NCBI GenBank assembly: GCA_951406725.2
Contig: OX597830.1
Span: 54,746,001 to 54,810,000, forward strand
DNA length: 64,000 nt
Origin: Octopus vulgaris
Lineage: Eukaryota
Direction of reading: 5' to 3'
Shown: positions 42,556 through 55,049 of the stretch, piece by piece
How the letters are laid out: the number at the start of each line of letters is the position of its first letter
Position numbering within the stretch: the stretch's first letter is position 1
Notes under the pieces: generated by a model
Told to the model about the DNA's origin: nothing
The model's input: only the letters and a program-made list of their open reading frames with translations
Database searches by the model: none
Translations under genes and position numbers: made by a program

Positions 42556-44088
42556 AAGGAGAATTATAACCGTCATTAATAATGACTGAGGGTGTTATAA
42601 ACACCTACATTACTAGAAATAAGAGCTAAATGCTCTAATTTGCTTACTGCTGCCTAAATAAATTATTTCTATACACATTATAGATTTCTGTGGCGTAGTC
42701 ATATATGCTGAGAGTGGTTGTTGTCTGGAATCAGCCAAGTAGGCTGATCCCACTGAAGAGGCTACAGCAAAGGCCAAAACTGGTCAATCAGTCTGGGAAT
42801 CTCTCACCTGCTGCTCTTCACGCTATTACAGTCTCTGTCAGCATGTATGTATACAAACAATTATATACTTTGACTGCAGCATTAGAGCATTTAGCTCTTA
42901 TTTCTAGCAATCCCTCAGTTATATTTAATGATGGTTATAGTTCTCCTTGTTGGTACACATTTGCTTACTGTTGCAGGAGTGGCTATGTGGTAAGTAGCTT
43001 GCTTACCAACCGCATGGTTCTGGGTTCAGTCCCACTGCATGGCACCTTGGGCAAGACTCTTCTACTATAGCCTTGTGAGTGGATTTGGTAGATGGAAACT
43101 GAAAGAAGCCTGTCGTATATATATATATGTATGTGTGTGTATATGTTTGTGTATCTGTGTTTGTCCCCCAACATTGCTTGACAACCGATGCTGGTGTGTT
43201 TACGTCTCCATAACTTAGCAGTTCAGCAAAAGAGACTGATAGAATAAGTACTAGGCTTTCAAAGAATAAGTCCTGGGATCGATTTGCTTGACTAAAGGTG
43301 ATGCTCCAGCATGGCTGCAGTCAAATGACTGAAACAAGTAAAAGAGTAAAAGAGTATATATAATATAAAATTTATATGGGCAGCTGGGCACAACATAAAC
43401 CATATCATCGGCAAAATTTAGTCGTCACTAATTGTGACTGCATGTGCTACAAAGGCATTATATTGCTAAAAATAGCAGTTAAACCACTTATAGCTGCTTA
43501 AAAAGCACATTTTATATGCTGACAAGGTAGATGACTGCTCTATGATCAAAGTGAAGTTAGAACTGCAAATTTCATCAAAATTGGTGTTGTCAATAGTGTT
43601 CCTCCTCTGCTTCCATGGAACAGCTAATTCTCTTTGTTAGTATCAACATATTTGCCATATGTATTTATGGCTGATTTAGTGAAATGCCAAATCATACAAC
43701 ATAAGATTAATGTTGGGCAGCTGAGTGCAATATAATCCATACAGGCAAGATTTAGTCATCACTAATTGTGACTGCATATGTTACACGTACGTATATTGCT
43801 AGAAATAGCAGTTAAACCGCTTATAGTCGTGAATAAGTACATTTATATATACTGATAGGTTAGAAAACTTTCCCATGAGCAAACAACATACTGAATGAAC
43901 AATACTGAATAATGTTGTCCTACATCCTCAAGATGGGATAGTCATGGGTGGTAGGCCTCTGACTAAAAGTGCATTTAATTTAATCTAACCTGGGACTAAA
44001 TTGCTTTATCCAATACTTTATACGCACTTTTGACAAGTTGTGGTGCACCTGAGCACTGTATACAATAATTTCATTATTATTATTATTA

Positions 44089-44146
<58 letters not shown>

Positions 44147-45342
44147 CTAATCTATTGTGAGACTAAAATGGAGCTAGTCAGGTGTTACCTGACACTCTAG
44201 TACTTGCAGACAGCCGCCATCAGGATTAAAATGCATTTACAGTCTAGACTGTAAATTGATTGGTGAAAGTAAGGCGATCCAGTTGTGAAAAACACAGGGG
44301 AAAAAGGAAAACGGTTATGAGCAGGGAAGATGTTAATATCTGAACCAACAGGGCCAGCAGCCTGTCAGGGAGAATGGTAACTCTGACAAAAGAAATGTAA
44401 GGTAGAGATCACTGTAAAATCTTGTCAGGAATTCCCCCAGTGCCGGTGACATTATAAACTGCACTAAGTCTATTTTATGAAAGGTGGAAAGTTTGCAGTC
44501 ATTAGTGTTGGATAGAATGTTTTACAGTTTTTGTTTTGGTTCCCTGAGTTCAAATTCCTCCAAGGTAAATTTTGCTTTTCCTTTTAGGGTTGATAAAAAA
44601 AATAACCAGGGTGATCGATTCACAGAACTGTTTAGAGGGTCATATAGTTTGCCTTGTGTTATCTGTTCTTGCCCCTTGTGTTCTGACAGTAAGGCTTACA
44701 ATGAAATTAGTACCACCTGTTTTGGCTCTAAACTAGCAGACTTTCCCTTAGACTACATAAGCGGCACACAGAAGGGTAACTTGCATGTAACACCAACAAA
44801 CAATCTTCCACAAATTATCTTGCCCAGGCTTGCATACACATTTACAGATATATGGCCGACCCCAAGGGATGGAGGCTCTACAATGCTGTGCTGTGGTTTC
44901 TGATACGAAAGGTGTCAAGCTGTAAAAAAAATGACCTTGTCAATAACAGTTATTGCTGGTTGCTGTGCATACCAGATGATGAAGAGCTGCAACAGATGGC
45001 AAAACATTGTGGGACCAGCCTAATAAAATATTTAATAAACTAATTAATAAACTAAGGAGAGTTTACTAAAAAGACAAAAGATGAAGACTGGTGGTGTACA
45101 AAACAAACAGATGTATTAGTATAATGCTCAGGAATAGAAAAAGTCTTTTATGTTTCGAGCCTACGCTCTTCTACAGAAAGGGACACAGAAAAAAACAAGG
45201 AGAGAAAAAAATGTGTGTAGTGGCTAACGATCTATCATGGCAACTGACTTTGGACAGAAGGGTCACACACGAGAGGCAAGAAGTAGGGGAGATAACAAAG
45301 TAAAGATGACCCCCAAAACGAAAGTGCATGTGTGTATGAGAG

Positions 45343-45733
45343 AGTGGAGGTGCAATGGCCCAGTGGTTAGGGCAGCGGACTCGCGGACATAGGATCGCGG
45401 TTTCCATTCCCAGACCGGGCATTGTGAGTGTTTATTGAGCGAAAACACCTAAAGCTCCACGAGGCTCCAGCAGGGGATGGTGGTGATCCCTGCTGTACTC
45501 TTTCACCACAACTTTCTCTCACTCTTACTTCCTGTTTCTGTTGTACCTGTATTTCAAAGGGCCGGCCTTGTCACTCTCTGTGTCACGCTGAATATCCCCG
45601 AGAACTACGTTAAGGGTACACGTGTCTGTGGAGTGCTCAGCCACTTACACGTTAATTTCACGAGCAGGCTGTTCCGTTGATTCGGATCAACCGGAACCGT
45701 CGTCGTCGTAACCAACGGAGTGCTTCCATCCAT
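45343..45733 (+). mobile_element. tRNA-derived SINE family D
   Basis: agtggaggtgcaatggcccagtggttagggcagcggactcgcgg head shared with 41543-41870; the two copies have different 3' halves. Confidence 0.75.
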
Positions 45734-45851
45734 AAGAGAGTAATTGATAAACTCTATATGTTCTCTATTTTTGTTAATTTTTTTGTTATTTTAATACCTT
45801 GTTGAAGAAAGCCACTGATATTCTCTGAATGTTTTTTTTTCTTTTTTTCAG

Positions 45852-46045
45852 CTTGGAGAACATATTCTACATTGCTGGTGTTGATGTGATTTTTGAAGCT
45901 CACGAACATTCTTATGAACGTCTGTATCCTGTTTACGACGGTAAAGTGGTCAGTGAGAACTACACAGATGCTGCTGCACCAATCCATATTATAACAGGGG
46001 CTGCTGGCAATAAATGGGGCTCAGATCCCATGGATAGGGATGCAG
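45852..46045 (+). CDS. ACP7: ACP7-like exon G: AHEH motif
   Basis: ttttttcag acceptor; LENIFYIAGVDVIFEAHEHSYERLYPVYDGKVVSENYTDAAAPIHIITGAAGNKWGSDPMDRDA + g; donor gtgagc; ends in phase 1. Confidence 0.95.
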
Positions 46046-47017
46046 GTGAGCTGAAAAGAAGTTTGGGGTTTTCTTCTTTTCTTTATGTTTTTTGAAACAC
46101 AAAAAAAAAATCCTTAATTCACTGCCAGTAATTATTTTATTTGTTTGATATTTTTTATATATATTTTTTATATTTTTTACATGTCTCACTCATTGGACAG
46201 TGACCATGCTGGGGTACTGCTTTCAAGGGTTTTAGTTGAACAAATCCCTATTTTTTTGCTGGTACTTATTCTTTTGGTCTCTTTTGCCAAACTGTTAAGT
46301 TATGAGGGGTGTACACAAACCAGCACCAGCTGTCAAGCAGTGGTGGGTACACAAAGACACACACACACACACATTTGACTAACTTCTTTTAGTTTCCTTC
46401 AACCAAATCCATTCACAAGACATTGGTTGGCTCAGAGCTATAGCAGAAAATACTTGCTAAAGTTACCATGCAGTGGGACTGAACCCAAAACCATGTGGTT
46501 GGGAAGCAAGCTTTCTACCACCAAACCATGCCTGTACCTGTTCTTTGTTCTTTTATTGTTCATTTACTTGTTTCAGTCATTTGACTGTGGCCATACTGGA
46601 GCACCGTCTTTAGTCGAGCAAATCGACCCTAGGACTCATTCTTTGTAAGCCTAGTACTTATTCTATCGGTCTCTTTTGCCGAACCGCTAAGTTACGGGGA
46701 CATAAACACACCAGCACCGGTTGTCAAACGATGTTGGGGGGACAAACACAGACATACACACATATACACACATATACACATATATACGACAGGCTTCTTT
46801 CAGTTTCCGCCTACCAAATCCACTCTCAAGGCTTTGGTAGGCCCAAGGCTATAGTAGAAGACACTTGCCCAAGGTGCCACACAGTGGGACTGAACCCGGA
46901 ACCATGTGGTTGGTAAGCAAGCTACATACCACACAGCCACTCCTACGCCTTGATTTTCTTTTTCTTTTTTTAAATTCCCACTTTTTAATGGAACTATTGT
47001 TACAAAGTTGTTCCTTC

Positions 47018-47992
47018 TTAACCCTCTGGTGGTGAAGTTCTGTATTTTTCATGTTTGGTGCATTGGAGTATGGAGAATCCCACTCATAGATTTAGCTATT
47101 TTTAGTACTTTTTATTACTTTGTGTGTTCTTAAGCAATAATATTACCAAAAAACATATTCTGATATAATGTATTTATTTATCGTGTAAGCAAAAATAGAC
47201 AAGGACTCTTTGAAAATGAAGGTCAAACGAAATGAAACTATTTCTTCCTCTTCGTATTCCTCTTCATCTGGTTCTTCATCAAGAAATGATTCTGATTCTT
47301 CTATGTCTAATTCTCTCTCTCAATTTTTCCATTTGTCTTTCGTAGTCCATTGTGAATCTGAAAGGAAAGAAAATTTCTCACTTTTATGACATTCAGAACC
47401 GTCTAATAACAAAAAAATTTTTTTTAATGTTGGTCAGTTAACAATATATAATTTTATGCAAGAAATAATCAGCCTTTCAGATGTAAAAATAAATAAATAA
47501 AATATAATAAACAATAAAGAAAAAGAAACAAAAATGTACCAGTCAATTAAATAGTACAGTGAATGGTAGCGAGCTGGCAGAAACGTTAGCATGCTGGGCG
47601 AAATGCTTAGCGGTATTTCGTCTGTGTTACATTGTGAGTTCAAATTCCGCCGAGGTCGACTTTGCCTTTCATCCTTTCGGGGTTGATAAATTAAGTACCA
47701 GTTACGAACTGGGGGTCGATGTAATCGACTTAATACCTATGTCTGTCCTTGTTTGTTCCCTCTGTGTTTAGCCCCTTGTGGGTAATAAAGAAATAGGTAT
47801 GGTGGGGTATGCACGACCCCAGACACAAATAACAGGTGTGTGTACACTTCTCATTACTCAGCAGGTAACTGGGTGGAGGGTACCAAGAAATTACAAGGGT
47901 GGACAGCCCTATCACTGCTGTCGAATGTAAGATATACATTTACAAACATCACCTGGGGTATGAGATACTCCACTGCACCACTGCATGGTTAA
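47018..47992 (-). mobile_element. piggyBac-like relic with TTAA ends, containing a SINE
   Basis: TTAA|ccctctggtggtgaag at left, ctgcaccactgcatgg|TTAA at right (15/20 match including TTAA); subterminal tggtgca.tggagtat inverted motif; minus strand has an acidic frameshifted ORF start (MDYERQMEKL..ELDIEESESFLDEEPDEEEYEEEE). Confidence 0.5.
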
Positions 47993-48919
47993 ATTTACTT
48001 GAAGGTCAATCTGTAGGAGACAAGCTCAAAACACTCAGCTTTTGCAGACAAGTTTTACTTCGTGGAAATCTTTTCCTTACTGAAAGTGTGTGTGCGTGTG
48101 TATGCGTGCGTGTTTGTGTTGTCTGCCGGTGTATGATATATATGTATATTCTGTCCGTGTGTTCGCCTTCTACCTTGTCAGCTTGTTTGTATATATTTCT
48201 TTACTACCCACAAGGGGCTAAACACAGAGGAGACAAACAAGGACAAAGGGATTAAGTCGATTACTTCGACCCCAATGCGAAACTGGTACTTAATTTATCG
48301 ACCCCGAAAAGATGAAAGGCAAAGTCGACCTCGGCGGAATTTGAACTCAGAACGTAAAGACAGACGGAATACCGCTAAGCATTTCGCCCGGCGTGCTAAC
48401 GTTTCTGCCAGCTCGCCGCCCACCTACTTGTTTGTATATGTAACAGTGGGGACCGCACGACAACGCACGATTTTAGCTAATCCATTTTTCTTATAAAAGC
48501 CTTTTCCTAGTGACTGGCACATTTACAATAAGGACTACACACTATTTTGTCATGCTACTAGCACGAAAAACACTTCGACTCAAAAAACAGTAAACGTTAT
48601 TAACGCAAGGGAGATAAATAAACAATTTACTTGAGAGATGTAAGGGAAGCTACTCTGGTTGCTAACGAGACACTTTTGACCACTGTTCCGTGGTTCATTT
48701 GGTACAGGGTGGCATAGAATTTTATTTCTATTTAATTGACAATCGCAGCCTGCAGAGTGATTCCCTAGTGCGTGGGAAAATTGTCTTGCACGAAACCAGT
48801 CCGTGGTGCAAAAAAGCTTGGTGCCCATTCCTTTAAGCTAGTTGTTCCCAACCATTTTTCTACCTAAGGACCCTCTTGATTCCTTTTTTACTTGGGTGGA
48901 TCCCCATTGCTATTTTATG

Positions 48920-49321
48920 GGATCTTTTCAGTTTGAATGATTTTTTAAAAATCATTTCCACGTAACTAAACACTTTTAAACTTCGTATACTGGTAGAATG
49001 TGTTTATAAAACATCTTTTTCTCTTGGCTTTATTGAGAAAATTCTATAGTTTGTAAAATATTTGTTGTTTTTTTCTTCTTCAATTTCTGCAATTTCAACC
49101 AATCAGTGACGTCAATTGAGGTAAAAAAAATATTCTGTGCCGTATGAATATGCCCCTCGTTTAGGAAACAGATTGGGTTTATTTACATTTGTGAAGAAAA
49201 AAAGATACCCTTAACCCTAAAACAGATTGAAATGCAATAGATCGATACTAGGGTCATAATTATGTGTGACAATTTCATATGACACCGCTAGAAAAAACTG
49301 CCGTTCAAACCGAAAAGATTC
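48920..49321. mobile_element. MITE nested in an older hAT-like non-autonomous element (about 48838-49783)
   Basis: gatcttttcagtttgaa and ttcaaaccgaaaagatt inverted ends; host element resembles 18248-18340. Confidence 0.6.
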
Positions 49322-49988
49322 ATTCTATGTTTTAAAAATAGCCTATTATTTTTATAGCAAAATAGGAATTGTATAAAAAAAGATTGACGTAACTCCTCAC
49401 AAAGGTAAATGGACAATAAGACGATTGTGATGTGATTGTAATAGATCATTTATTGGTTTGAACGATATTTCGACATCTTGTCTGTCTTTTTCAAACTCAA
49501 AATATAAAATGAAGAAACGCATAAGTTCAAAAATATAAGCGTGGAAATCTTGCATTCCCGCTTTGACAGAATAACATCATCAGTCTTCAATTTTCCGACT
49601 GGCAAAAGGGAAACAATGTAGGAAAAAAAAATATTTAGTTGAACGGTTTTGTGTAAATGTGATGAAATTCACCGGTCGTTATTATAAGAAATTTTTAAAT
49701 ATTTAGTGTAGAAGCATAAGCAATTCATTGCTCATAAGTTTTAACAAAATAATCTTATATGGACCCTGATTTGAAAACCGCTGCTTTAAACCAACAATTG
49801 ATTCTCAATAAATATACGTATATCTTGATAGGTATGCAGGTGAATGGATAGATAGGTGCTTAGATGCATGGAAAGCTAAATAAATATCTGTGCAGGATGG
49901 CCGTTTCTTCATGATTACATGAGCTAGACTCATGTGTTAGAGGCATTGTTTTACAGCCTATACACATACACACGCACGTTCACACACA

Positions 49989-50023
<35 letters not shown>

Positions 50024-50874
50024 ATAGATATCACAGAGTTGAACTTAGATGGATGGGAACTTACTCTCCTTCAAGTGGGGTAATGCCCCCAACGTTAAAA
50101 GATAGCTATAGGAACGATCTTTGTCAAGCTATTATGGAACACAATAAGGTAGCTAAACACAATTAGGTTTATTGCGTATATTACATGGAATACAAAATAT
50201 AGAGTATGGACTAAAGTAAACAAACGAAGTTAGGTAACTGTGTTTATCTCTCTGTCCCTGGCACTTGGCTCAGTGGTTAGAGTATTAGGCAGTGTGTTGT
50301 GTTCTTGAGCAAGACACTTTTCACCCTTGCTCCTGTTCACTCAGCTGTAGAAATGAGTTGTGACGTCACCAGCGCCAAGTTGTACTGGCTTTTCCCTTGG
50401 ATAATATCAGTGGCATGGAGAGGGGAAGCTGGTATGCATGGGTGACTGCTAGTCTTCCATAAACAACCTTGCCAAGACTTGTGCCTCGGAGGGAAACCTT
50501 TTAGGTGCATCCCAAGGGAAAATGTAGATAATGGTCTTTTCATATTCCTTCATTGTTGCACCAATAAGGAGATATACAATGACCATTATTTATACCTAGT
50601 CTTGTATATCACCCTGTGTAAAAGACCTGTTTAACTCGGAAAACAACCATGGATTTACAATATACGATGGGGATGAACTACAACCTTGGATCCTGCCACC
50701 AGAATACGCAGAATTCTTTAGTAATAAAAAAAAAAAATATTTGTTGTTAGCCTGGTGTATTTGTATTAACAGAGAACTTATAAAGTATTTTGCCCAAATT
50801 GATAATCCCTCATTAATAACCGTTTATATATATCATCATATGCATTTGTGTATGTATATATATATACATATGTG

Positions 50875-50930
<56 letters not shown>

Positions 50931-50958
50931 CCATGTTGGTATTTTTGTTGTTTTTCAG

Positions 50959-50997
50959 TTAATGCCACACATGAAGAATTTCACCAGAACAATACTG
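50959..50997 (+). CDS. Putative microexon 1 (VNATHEEFHQNNT), GC donor
   Basis: tttttgttgtttttcag acceptor, 39 nt, phase 1/1, followed by g|gcaagt; sequons NAT and NNT. Confidence 0.6.
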
Positions 50998-52190
50998 GCA
51001 AGTTACTGATAACAATCACATTACCTCACATTACTCTGGAAAGCTTATTTTCTTTTATTATTATTATTTCCAATTTTGAAATTTTTCCACACCATTTTAC
51101 TTTTCATGTTTGTTTTTTTTCTATTACAAATTCTCCTCCACGTCATCACCACCATTTAAATCAACCTCTTTTCTTCTTTTTGTCTCGGGTGTTGGAATTT
51201 CTACAATATTTATTTCATTGTGTCTTTAATTTTTAATTTATAAAAAGGTTTTAATTAACTTAATTCATAATTAATTTTATGTAATTAATTAACAATCAGT
51301 ATCATTAATTCTAATAATATTTTCTGTTAACTATTTCTACATTCATTATGCATATATGATCACCTCTGCATGATCAGGAATATGTCTGGCATTTTCTTTT
51401 ATAAGAATTCCCTATTTTCACATATCTATCATCTGTGATCATGTTTTTCTTTTTCATTCTTCACTTATGTCTCTATTTATTAATGGACATCATCTTTCAC
51501 CCTGTCTATTCTGATCTTGTGAAATTTTATTTGGTACATTATAATACAGTATTATTTGTATAATACTGTATTATAATTTATCTATCATCCAGTTAATTAC
51601 CATATATTTATCTTTAGGTACTTTTATGGGGTACACTATTGTGGTAGACTATCACCCTGTTTAACACCACCATCTAGTCCTTGAGTTCTTTAACCCGGGT
51701 CTAAATCAGGAATAAGCAACTGTTGTCAAGAAGTGGGCCACGTGAGACATGAATCATCAGCTGGCAAGCCATCATCATCATCATCGTTTAGCATCCGCTT
51801 TCCATGCTAGCATGGGTTGGACGGTTCAACTGGGGTCTGGGAAGCCAGAAGGCTGCACCAGGCCTAATATAAACTTCAGAGTAGTTTTACTTTAGGCCTG
51901 CCATTCAGGAAATGCTGTGGGTTGCAGGTTGCCTATAACTGGCCTGAATATTGCAAGCATTCCTGGCTGGTCTCCATTCTTAGAATAATTTCCTCTTTTT
52001 CTTACCTCACCAGTCTTGGTATACCTGAGGATATGTCACAAAGTATGTTAAGCACTCTGGAGATGGAAATGATAATTAATAGGTGTACCCAGGTGAAAAC
52101 ATTTTGATATCACATAAATTTCACAAGAATAACCATGTCTCTTTCTCTTTCTACACACACATATATGTTGGTATTTTTGTTGTTTTTCAG

Positions 52191-52229
52191 TTAATGTAAC
52201 TAACCAAGAATTACTCCACAACCATACTG
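52191..52229 (+). CDS. Putative microexon 2 (VNVTNQELLHNHT), GC donor
   Basis: Same acceptor context as microexon 1, 39 nt, phase 1/1, g|gcaagt; sequons NVT and NHT. Confidence 0.6.
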
Positions 52230-53207
52230 GCAAGTTATTGATAATATTCACATTACTCTGGAATGGGTTTTTTTTTTTTTTCATCTGTTTCAAGTTTTGA
52301 AATTTTTCCACCCCATTTTACCAACATTATCATCACCATCTAAAAACCTTTCTTTTTTCTCTTAAATTCTTGGGTTTGGGGATTTCTAGAATTCTTATTT
52401 AATTCCATTGTCTCTTTAGTTTTTTTTAATTTTCAAAAAGAATTTTAATTAACTTTTTGATTTATAATTAATTTTATATAATTAATTAACTATCAGTATC
52501 ATTAATTCTAATAATATTTTTTGTTAGCTTCTTCTTCATTCATTTTGGTTATGGGCTTACCACTACATGATCAGAAATATATCTGACATTCTATTTTATA
52601 ACGATTCCTATTTCCACATATCCATCATCTGTGATTGTTTTTCTTCTTTGTATCTCTATTTATTGAATAACGGACATCATCTGTTATCACTTTCTACCCT
52701 GTCCTTGGGAATCTTTCTGTGATATACTGCAGTATTCGAATTTATCTGTCATCCAGTTTATTGCCATTACTCTATCATTAGACACCTTTAAGGGGTATAT
52801 TATTGTGGTGGGAGGCTATCACCCTATTTAACAATGCCATCTTGCCTTTGACTTCTTTAAACAGAGTCTAAATCAGGCATGAGCAACCATTTCCAAGAAG
52901 TGGGTTGCATGAAACACAAGGGAGGCTGTGTGCAGGATGGGAGAGGCAGCTGAAAGAGCTTTTTGTTGGCTTTAGAGTTAAGATGGGGGCCAGGGGGAGA
53001 TGAAGAGCAATGATTTGGCCACCTCTGCTGACCTACCAATGGGAGGGTGTTACAGTTCAGAGTACATATTTTATCCCATTTGCCAAACTGCTAAGTTACA
53101 GCAGCATAAAGAAACCAACACCAATTATCAAGTTATGGCAGCAGGACACACACTCACTTACTCACACACACACACACACGCACACACTTACTCACACACA
53201 CTTACTC

Positions 53208-53238
<31 letters not shown>

Positions 53239-53573
53239 AACACACACACACTTACTCACACACACAACTGGCTTCTATACAGTTTCCATCTACCAAATTC
53301 ACTCACAACGCTTTGGTTGACACCTGTCAAAGGTTCCACTGAGTGGAACTGAACCCAAAACCATATAGTTATGAAGCAAGCTTCTTAACCACACAGCCAT
53401 AAATAAGGAGCTAGGGACAGACAGACAGACAGACATAGTTTTGTATAGCGTCCCCCAATATTTCCACAAGCTCAGCTGATAAAAAGACCAAATTTCTCTA
53501 ATATTCACAGTATTTCTTCATAAAATTAATATTTCTCTCTCTATTTCTTTTTCCTTTTATTTTATTATTTCAG

Positions 53574-53615
53574 TTGATAATAATTCCACATTTGAGGAAA
53601 ATTTCAATAACACGG
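53574..53615 (+). CDS. Putative microexon 3 (VDNNSTFEENFNNT), GC donor
   Basis: Long pyrimidine tract + cag, 42 nt, phase 1/1, g|gcaagt; sequons NNS/NST and NNT. Confidence 0.6.
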
Positions 53616-54133
53616 GCAAGTTTTTTTAACTTTTGTGTTTCCCAGCATTATTTTTTTGACTATTTTTGATAACTCTTTCTTAATTTGGATTTTTTCACAA
53701 ACAGCAAACACACACACTCACACAAACACACATATACATACATCCACACATGCACACACCCATACATACACCCACATATATATATATATATATAATCATC
53801 ATCATCATCATCATCGTTTAACATCCGCTTTCCATGCTAGCATGGGTTGGACGGTTCAACTGGGGTCTGGGAAGCCCGAAGGCTGCACCAGGCCAGTCAG
53901 ATGTGGCAGTGTTTCTACAGCTGGATGCCCTTCCTAACGCCAATATATATATATATTCTCTTTTACTCTTTACTCTTTTACTCTTTTATTATATTATATA
54001 TAATTTAGAGAAAAAACCCTATTAAACAATTCAATAATGAAAGATATTATTCACACCATATAGAAAACATATACTAAAAAAACCTTATTATAAAAATCAA
54101 TAAGGTACAATAAATAGTAAATAGTAGTAAAAA

Positions 54134-54253
54134 AGACTATGTGCGTTTCATGGCTATATTTTCATATAGATAATAATAATAAAATCAATTCGATTTAAAA
54201 TTAAATCAATCTAAAATTAATTCTATTTAAAAATATAGTCACTCATCAGGTCT
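54134..54253 (-). ncRNA. Hammerhead ribozyme-like motif (type I, Penelope-associated)
   Basis: Minus strand agac-CTGATGA-gtgactatatttt...aaaatatagccat-GAAA-cgcac-ATA-gtct; stem I agac/gtct, long stem II. Confidence 0.55.
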
Positions 54254-54507
54254 AAAATAGATAATAAAAAAATAATAGAATAAATGTACTTAACTTAACT
54301 TATGCCAATTACCAAATAAATATATAAAAATACGTGTATTAACTATAAATAATCAAAAAGCATTTAACAATATTTCTTAAAAGAAAAATATAACTTATCT
54401 TATCGAAGGATTTTCATTAACTAAAAATTTAAATGTAATACGTATAACTTAGTGTTCATAAGAAATATATCGCATGAAAATATGGCGTAAATAGAAGAAA
54501 TAGATAG

Positions 54508-54582
<75 letters not shown>

Positions 54583-55049
54583 AAATAGAAGAAATAGATA
54601 GAAATATGTATTTAAGCTATGAAAATTACAAATGTATTTCAGCTGTGAGAATAAGAAAAAAATTAACTTTAATATACAATTTACTGGAAAATTTGTAAAG
54701 TCTAAATAATTTAAATCCTAAATACGTAAAATACATAATATAATAAACATAAATTAAGCTAAAATTCTATAATTTAATCTATTTTCATTAATTAATTTAT
54801 TTATTTTATAAACATCTAATTTTCAGCTTATTCTAATTATGTAGTATAGACTATATATTCTCGGGCTAATTTATACACGTTTTACTACTACAAGTTATAA
54901 CTACAACAATTAGTAACATAAAACAGGGTTTATATATATACACAAATTAGCTAAACTTATATAGTAATTTAATTTATGTCTACATTTAAATATTTATATA
55001 TTAAATATATATATATATATATAGGTGCAGGAGTGGCTATGTGGTAACT

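Larger units (their letters stand above)
50933..52917 (+). repeat. Diverged tandem duplication (about 50933-51750 vs 52165-52917) carrying microexons 1 and 2
   Basis: Co-linear similarity from atgttggtatttttgttgtttttcagttaatg through tctaaatcagg...caagaagtggg. Confidence 0.85.
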
